Origin: Felis catus
Taxonomy: Eukaryota
Assembly (NCBI RefSeq): GCF_018350175.1
Contig: NC_058371.1
Span: 35,836,001 to 35,900,000 of the forward strand
Length of the DNA: 64,000 nucleotides
Direction: 5' to 3'
Below, in pieces: positions 56,844-64,000 of this stretch (the first letter of the stretch is position 1; each line of letters begins with the position of its first letter). A model generated the notes under the pieces. The model was given only the letters and a program-made list of their open reading frames with translations. It was not told the origin of the DNA and did no database searches. Position numbers and translations under genes: made by a program.

Positions 56844-59199
56844 CTATTGATACAACACTATTAACTAAGCAACAGAATTTTGGGATTTCACCAGTTTTCC
56901 ACTAATGTCCTTTTTCTGTTTCAGGATCCACCTATGCCTGCATGATACAGAAGGCCTAGAGGGGAGATGTGGCTCTCCCAAGGTCATTCAGCCAGCTAGT
57001 GGCAGAGCACAGGCTGAGCCAAACCTCCCCCTCCCTGTATACCTTGGGCTGCTGCCCTCCTCACACTCCTACTTTGCAGAGGGACGGCATTTGTTGCTCT
57101 GTAAAGGCCTCCAGAATCACAGACACCCTTGCCCCACCCTGCCTGCCCATCCCTGGCCCTGTTTCCAAGATTGCCTACACTGCCTTCCTGTACATGTGCT
57201 CACACGCGCATGTGTGTCCACGTGCTCTGAAATGACTGCCTCAGGCTTTGCTCCCATGGATGCTGGGAGTCCTGTACTCTGTGATCTACCAGTTTGGCCA
57301 CACTTGTCCATCATGCTGGGCAGCCCCCCCCCCGCCCCCCCCCGCCCCCCCCCCCAGTGCTCTGCTCTCTCTGGAAATGGAGGATACAGAGCAAACTTTA
57401 ACAAAGAACTTTCTTTATTTCTGGTTCTGGAGGCTTCTCCCTCAGCCCCCCTTCCTCCCTCAGCTTTTCTTGTCAGTCTTAGGGCCTCTGCTTAGTCTGG
57501 TGTGTTCTGTCTTCCACCCAATGCCTTGAGAAAGTCTACTTTCTGTTGTCCCCCTCTGCACTCCCAGAAGGGCTGGGTACAGTGCCTGGAGAGTCCTCTG
57601 CCTGCGCAGCCCTTCTCAGTTTACAAGGGGCTTTCCTGTTGCCTCGTGTGTTCCTCACCACAGGGGTGATTAGGTCCACTTAACAGGGGAGGAGTGTTTT
57701 TCCCAGTGATAATGGGGGAGTGGAGCCGTGGTTTCTTGCAGTCTGCTCTTCCAGGCGGCCTGGTGTTTATCTTAGGCTGCCTCTGAGGCTCTCATAGCCC
57801 TGCCAGACATGACCTCATTCTCTCTCAAATCATCCCTGGGAGGCAGAAAGGAGTCTGGGACCAATGCAGTCCCCACTTCACAGATGTGAAAACTGACCTG
57901 CAGACACACACACACACACACAGCAAATACGTTGACAAGTTGCTTTTCAGTCCTAGGGGCCTGACTCAGTCCCGTGAGTTCCGTTGTTTGGGAGTGGAGA
58001 GGTCTTGGATAGGGCTGGGGGCAGCAGTGTTTGCCAAGTACTTCAAAAGACTGTGGGCCTGGCAGGGACATCCCACCTTCAAATGCAGGGCCCTGTCTCC
58101 AGGGAACCTGCAGTCAGTTCCCTGGGAGAGAAAGGCCTAACGAGGCCAATCTGGTGTGACTGGAATTCCTGAGGGTATAGTTCTGTAGGCATATTTCATG
58201 ACAGTGGGCCTTTGTGTGGCAGCAACAAGAGCTGTGGCCAGGAGGACCCACCCTGAGGCTGCCTGGTCATGGTGACCCACACTGGACAGTCTATAGAGCT
58301 CCTCCCATGACATCTCACCTTCCCAACAACCCTGTGAAAGAAGAGCTACTATGAATCTACTGTTCAGATGAGGAAACTGAGGCCCACAATTTATCCAGGG
58401 GCACATAGCCAGCCAGTGAGCAGTGGCCAGACATCTGCTTCCAAGTCCAATGCTTTGCTCCACCAAGCTCCCAAAAGGAAAGTGCACAAAGCCAGCAGGC
58501 AGGGAAAGGGGAGACCCAACTGAGGACAAGAAGCCCAAAGTTGGCTGGCTTCACAGTTTCACTCCAGTTGGCCCTGTCCTACTGTCCTGAGAGTAGGTTA
58601 AGGGAAGCTCTGAGGAGGAAAGGTCAGTCTGGGAGAGAAGTAAGAACTCGCCAAAACAACCCACACCCTGCTCTCATTGCGCCAGGCCACCAGGCCGTGT
58701 GAGCTGGGTGTGGGGGGGGGGGGGGAGATGAAGGAGCAGGACCTGGTCCCTACCCTCCACAGGGCTTTCAGTCTGCAGTGGAGAGGGCCCTAAAACTGTG
58801 TGGGAAATGCAGTGGGCAGGCCGCCAGGACATCGATGAAGGCTGGACTGGCTGATTCCAGACCTTCTTTCTATCCCCCGTCCCCTCCTCCCATCTCCAGC
58901 CACACCTTGACCATCTCAGCCCTGCTTCCTCCTTCCTCTGAGCACCTGTCACACCTCTTGACCAAGCCAATCATTTAGCACTTGGCTTATAACCCTCAGA
59001 TGACTTTTTATTATATGTTTATGTCCACCTTCCCAAGGTCAGAATCTCCTCCAAGGCAGGAGCTACTCTTCCTCCTGCGACAGTGACATGAGGTACATTT
59101 TTAGTGAAGAAAGAAGGTTATTTGGGAAGTGATCAATTTGGGCAATACCATGGTATGTGTATAACCACAGCTGTACAGTATAGGTCCAAGCCACAGCCC

Positions 59200-59690
59200 C
59201 GGGCCTCAGTGATGTCATCGGCTTGCTGTGACGTCATCGTCGCTGGCCACTGTGGCGCTCCTCTGCAGCCTGCAGGCACGATGACGTCACCGTCCGAACT
59301 CGCCCAGACAAGTGCTTGCTGGAGGAATTAGCGAAGCTGGCAGCTAGAAATGCCGGAGAGAGGCCGGGGCGGGGCGGGGCGCGGGGAGGTAACTGAGAGG
59401 CAGAGGTCAGTGCGCTGCGCACACCACTCAGACCTGGCTCCTAGACCCTCTACGGACTGGCCCCGCCCCCTCAGTCACTGACGCGAGCCAGCCAATCCGG
59501 GCAGCCCGCGGTGACGCGTAGCCTATCAGCGGACAGGGCTCGCCGGGCGCTTCCGCGTTCTCGAGCTCGCCTGGTCCGAGTCGGCAGGGGGAGGGGGCGA
59601 GGGCGACTGACTGGGATCTCACCCGCGTCCCACCCCACCCGGCGCGACCCACCTGCGGGGGCCCGTCCGCTGCCTCCCAGGGGACCCGAT
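59200..59690 (+). promoter_or_regulatory. NUDT18 CpG-island promoter with two perfect CRE palindromes, GC boxes and a CCAAT box
   Basis: TGACGTCA at 59229 and 59282, ggggcggggcggggc at 59366, gccaatc at 59491. Confidence 0.8.
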
Positions 59691-61786
59691 GGCCTCGGAG
59701 GGTCTGGCCGGGGCGCTGGCGGCGGTGTTGGGGGGCCAGGGGCTGAGTGTGCACAGCTGTGACTCGGAACCGGCCGAGGAGCCGCCGGCGCCGGTGCGGC
59801 TGCGGAAGAACGTCTGCTACGTGGTGCTGGCCGTGTTCCTCAACGAGCAGGTGAGCGTCCGCCCGCCGGGCCCAGCGCCCGGCCCTCTGGAGCACGCAGC
59901 CAGCCCCGGTGGGGACAGAGGACCTACCGACAAGAGCCACCGCTTCTTAGTGCGTGGTGCTTCCCAGTTTTGCAAAGCACTGACACTCACACTTACATCT
60001 GAGTTTTGTGCGGCCCAGCCCCGAGACTGTACCCTCAGAAGAGGGATCTGAGGCCCAGGAACCTGTTTATTTCCTCCCTGTAGGCCTCACTGTCTTGAGA
60101 GGAGGGCTGCCTTCTTTCCCCAGAATCTAGCATAGTGCCCGCCTCAGAGTGGGCTCAGATCTGTCCAGTGCTTCAGAGACCTCTGGGTCCCATGGACAGT
60201 AATGGCACAACCTGCACTTATACTCAGACTTTCTGCCCCACCGTGTGATGTTCTTTTGTGCTGATCCCTGTACAAGTTGCTGCAACAACAGCTAGAAGGG
60301 GCCAGGGCTGTAGGTAGGAGTTTATGGGGTGGGGCCTGGGAGTGTGTTTCAAAGCCTAGGCCCCAGTGTGAGGCCCCTCCATGAAGGTAGGGGGGATGTC
60401 TACAATGCATCTACAGACAGGAGTCAGTGCAGGATACATGGCAAGCCTCACTGTGGGGCCTAATCCCCAGCCCCTGAAACAGCTCCCAGGAATCTTAGCC
60501 CCTTTCTGAAATGGAAGTCTGAAAGCAAAGAGGGATACATTGCACAGCGAGACAGCTGCAGCCCCCAAGCACACAAGGACCAGTCAACAATTTGAGGTAT
60601 CCACCAGTAAGGGGGTGTTGGGTGACTCTGTTTGAGCTAGGATCTAACCCCAGGGCAAGGGAAGGTTCCCAGCCCAGCTGTGGTGGGGGTGAGGATCCTC
60701 TCTCTCCCCTCAGGATGAGGTGCTACTGATCCAGGAGGCCAAGAAAGAGTGCCGTGGGTCCTGGTACCTACCCGCGGGGAGAATGGAGCCTGGGGAGACC
60801 ATCGTTGAGGCACTGCAGCGGGAGGTGAAGGAAGAGGCTGGGCTGCACTGTGAGCCTCTGACGTTGCTGTCTGTGGAGGAGCGGGGCCCCTCCTGGATCC
60901 GCTTTGTGTTCCTCGCTCAAGCCACAGGTATGGCCCACCTGGTGGCAGTGTTTGGCAGGGGGCAGTTGACACCTTTCCCCCAACTTGTCCTCTGGTGAGA
61001 TGAGCCCCTTATTCTGTCTGGTACAAGCCTGGCAGCTCCAGATTCCAGCCTGAAGATTTGACCCACAGCCCCCACAGCCCCATGACCCTGGGTCAGGGCT
61101 AGAATGCCTGGGTGGCCATTTACTCCGCCAGGCCCAGCATTTCTCTCAACAGAGACCCTTTCCTCCACCCCATCCTCGACATCCCTGCAGGTGGAATTCT
61201 CAAGACTCCCAAGGAGGCAGATGCAGAGTCCCTGCAGGCTGGCTGGTACCCTCGGACCTCCCTGCCCACTCCGCTGCGAGCCCAGGACATTCTGCACCTG
61301 GTGGAGTTAGCTGCCCAGTACCGCCAGCAAGCCAGGCACCCTCTTATTCTGCCTCAGGAGCTTCCCTGCAGTCTGGTCTGCCAGCGGCTTGTGGCCACCT
61401 TTACCAGCGTCCAGACAGTGTGGGTGCTGGTGGGCACAGTGGGGATGCCTCACTTGCCCATCACTGCCTGTGGCTTCACTCCCATGGAGCAGAGGGGTGG
61501 CATCAAGATGGCCATCCTGCGGCTGCTACAGGAGTGTCTGACCCTTCACCACTTGGCAGTAGAGACCAAGGGGTTGCTTGGACTGCAGCACCTGGGCAAA
61601 GACCATGCAGATGGCATCTGCTTGAATGTGCTGGTGACTGTGGCTTTTCGGAACCCAGGTATGCAGAGGGAGCCCCCAAAGGTTCGGGGTGAGAACTTTT
61701 TTTGGTGGAAGGTGATGGAGGAAGACCTACAAAGCCAACTCTTACAGAGGCTTCGGGAATCCTCTGTCGTCCCAGTCAACAGATAG
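59689..61786 (+). CDS. NUDT18: 8-oxo-dGDP phosphatase NUDT18 (MTH3), 323 aa. Exons 59689-59850, 60714-60927, 61191-61786
   Basis: [16 protein letters not shown]...[18 protein letters not shown]|[10 protein letters not shown]...; Nudix box [22 protein letters not shown]; ends SSVVPVNR*. Total 972 nt, in frame. Confidence 0.97.
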
Positions 61787-62705
61787 GAAGGTGCCATCTC
61801 TGTGCAAGGAGCTGGGTGACTGTGCTCCCCCCACTGTGGCTTTGCTTTCCTCTGGGGGAAGCAGGAGGTTGGCAGTCAGGGATCTGGTGGTGTTGGGAGC
61901 AGGCAGGTTGTCTGGTCCCCTGGTTGTCAGGGGAATTTCCTTCTCCATGGAGCTGGTCCCTACATCGCACCGAAAGGACAGTGCCTTTAACCCAACAAGG
62001 ATTCCAGAGCTCAAGGACCTAATTGCCCCATGGGTACCGATGAGGGCCCTCCTCCCTGAGGGGATGGATGTGAGAACCTTCTGAACGTGAGATGGCTACT
62101 CGTCATCATGAACCTACTTGTCATTTTCCATGCTTGCCTCAGGAAAGGCCTACATCTGATTCTCAGGCGCTGAGAACATGGACTGGGTGCTGAGGGAGGT
62201 CATTCCAAGGGAGTGGGCCCCTTGCTGAGTAAATACGTGGTACTTAACTTTGCTTTCCTGCCTAAATGTCTCTGTGGAGAGGGAGTGAACAGGAAGAGGG
62301 GAGCACATCAAAAAAGAAGCTCCTCCCCTTGTCCCACCACCGCCCCCCACATCTTCCCAGACAGCAGGCCCGTGTCCCCCACTTGCAGGACTGGGGCAGG
62401 CCGACTTCCTGCCACCCACTGTAGCGTCTGTGGCCCAGTGGGATTCTCTTTCTCTTGTCTGCCATGGTGCGAGGTGTCCACATCCCCTCCAAGGTTTGAG
62501 CTGTGAGAACACCAGAAACTCCCAGGGGGGCAAGGAGTTGTGAAAGCTGGCCCTGCCTCTCAGCAGAGTTTCATCTCTTTGGGCTTCCCTGTCCCCTCCC
62601 TGCATCACTCTGCCTACCTCTAGGCTCCTGCCTCTGCCATTCTACAACTCCAGACCAAGCCAGACCAAAACCTTTTATTCATTTCCCTTCAGTTCAGAAG
62701 ACTCT

Positions 62706-62711
<6 letters not shown>

Positions 62712-62745
<34 letters not shown>

Positions 62746-62753
62746 TTTTTTTT
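62712..62753. repeat. A29 immediately followed by T13
   Basis: Read directly. Confidence 0.95.
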
Positions 62754-63134
62754 AAAAGAACTTTACTAAAATTTAAGGAAAAAACCCACAGGAAGTGAAC
62801 AAAGAAAATATATCATGTGCTACTCAATGGACGTAATACAGATTTCTGGTTCTGAGCAAGGAAACACTTGATGAGGCTTCCCTTCTGAGGTAACTCCATT
62901 CTGACACTGAAGACCCAGGATAACCTCCAAGGCCCCCTTCCCATCCCCTCCCCCTGCCATCTTTTTCTAGCGTTAGGCTGTGGTAGGAATCCTTTTGTCC
63001 CCTCTGAGGACAAACATCTCCCACATGATGGAACCAAACCCTTTCACTCTGGTTCACTTCTCTCAGGGTCTGAGGGACCCACCAGTCTATATCCATGTCG
63101 AAGGGCAAACTTTGCTCCCACTTTATTTAGCCTA

Positions 63135-63280
63135 TAGTAGTTTTCAACCCTGGGTGCCCATTAGAATCACCTGGAGAGCTTTAGTAACAATGCTGGGCCG
63201 CCCCCCAGAGACACAGCTTTCACTGGTATTGTAAAAAGCAAACCAAGTGATTCTGACATGCACTGAGGTGAGAGCCACTC
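63135..63280. mobile_element. MER5-like hAT MITE fragment
   Basis: agtagttttcaaccctgggtgcccattagaatcacctggagagcttt...ccaagtgattctgacatgca...tgagagccact. Confidence 0.6.
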
Positions 63281-63349
63281 AGCAGCCCTCTCCAAGTTTC
63301 CAACTTGCTCTCTCCTGGAGTTCTCTCAGCTACCCCTCCTGAGTGCACC

Positions 63350-64000
63350 CCCACACGCATACATTTAGGGACCAAGTTTTTAAAATATGAAGTCCTCTAA
63401 AGCATTCATACAATTCCCAACATACAAACCTCAAAATGAGACTTGCATACAGATGCTTCAGATGGCCCATTCTTTCCCGGAGTCTCCAAGGCTAGCTGGC
63501 TCTCGGCTGTAGGTAAGCTGGGCAGAAATAGTGTGGCTTGGCCAAGAGAGAGCCTGGTTCCTGGCAGGCGCAGAGGAACATCAGATTTGCGCTGCCAGAG
63601 CCTGTCTCTATTTACCACCCGCCCCCCAGCACACTGCCCCCCCCCCGCCCCGCTCTAGTGCTGGAAAAGGAATTTGTCATTCTCAGGGAGGAAGATGGGC
63701 CTGAATGAGCAGCGGAGGCCTGCGCAGGAGGACACGAACAGTGGAGATCGGGGCAGCTGTGCCCACGCAACCAAACCATTGATTGCTGTGTTGTCTGGGG
63801 GGACGCAGTGCGAATGCTGAGGGGGATGGAGGAGGGGAGGATCTGTGACTCCCGGATGCTCAAATGTTTTCTGACTTGAAGAGTTCAGACCCAATTTGCT
63901 CCATGAGCTCTGCTCCCCTGTCCCACGCCAACACCCACGTGCGCACACACGCATGCACGCACATGCACGGTGTCCTTCTGAGCGGCAGTTAAGTCCTCCC
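63350..64000 (-). other. Probable 3' UTR of the convergent neighbour FHIP2B (FAM160B2)
   Basis: Inferred only from human synteny (FHIP2B lies convergent, close to NUDT18). No coding exon is visible. Confidence 0.3.

Overview
Mammalian genomic DNA, almost certainly a felid (many feliform-type Can-SINEs). It is syntenic with human 8p21.3. Gene order: BMP1 exon 1 and intron 1 (-), complete SFTPC (-), an RPL17 processed pseudogene just upstream of SFTPC (-), complete LGI3 (+), complete REEP4 (+), HR/hairless (+) with its uORF-laden 5' leader including the visible C-terminal half of HRURF/U2HR, complete NUDT18 (+), and probably the 3' end of FHIP2B/FAM160B2 (-). I traced every coding exon by hand through GT-AG junctions, and all complete genes give intact frames (SFTPC 190 aa, LGI3 548 aa, REEP4 257 aa, HR 1184 aa, NUDT18 323 aa). 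Three N-gaps hide parts of the HR promoter and leader. The most interesting observations are: (1) a chain of overlapping stop/start codons in the spliced HR leader (uORF ATGA uORF TAATG HR); (2) a 243-codon stop-free in-frame extension after the LGI3 UAG, with a hairpin or possible pseudoknot 5 nt downstream; (3) a compact terminator/CTCF junction between SFTPC and the BMP1 promoter; (4) two in-frame, stop-free short HR introns; (5) a SINE pile-up with clear TSDs inside an old hAT transposon. All are hypotheses from sequence only.
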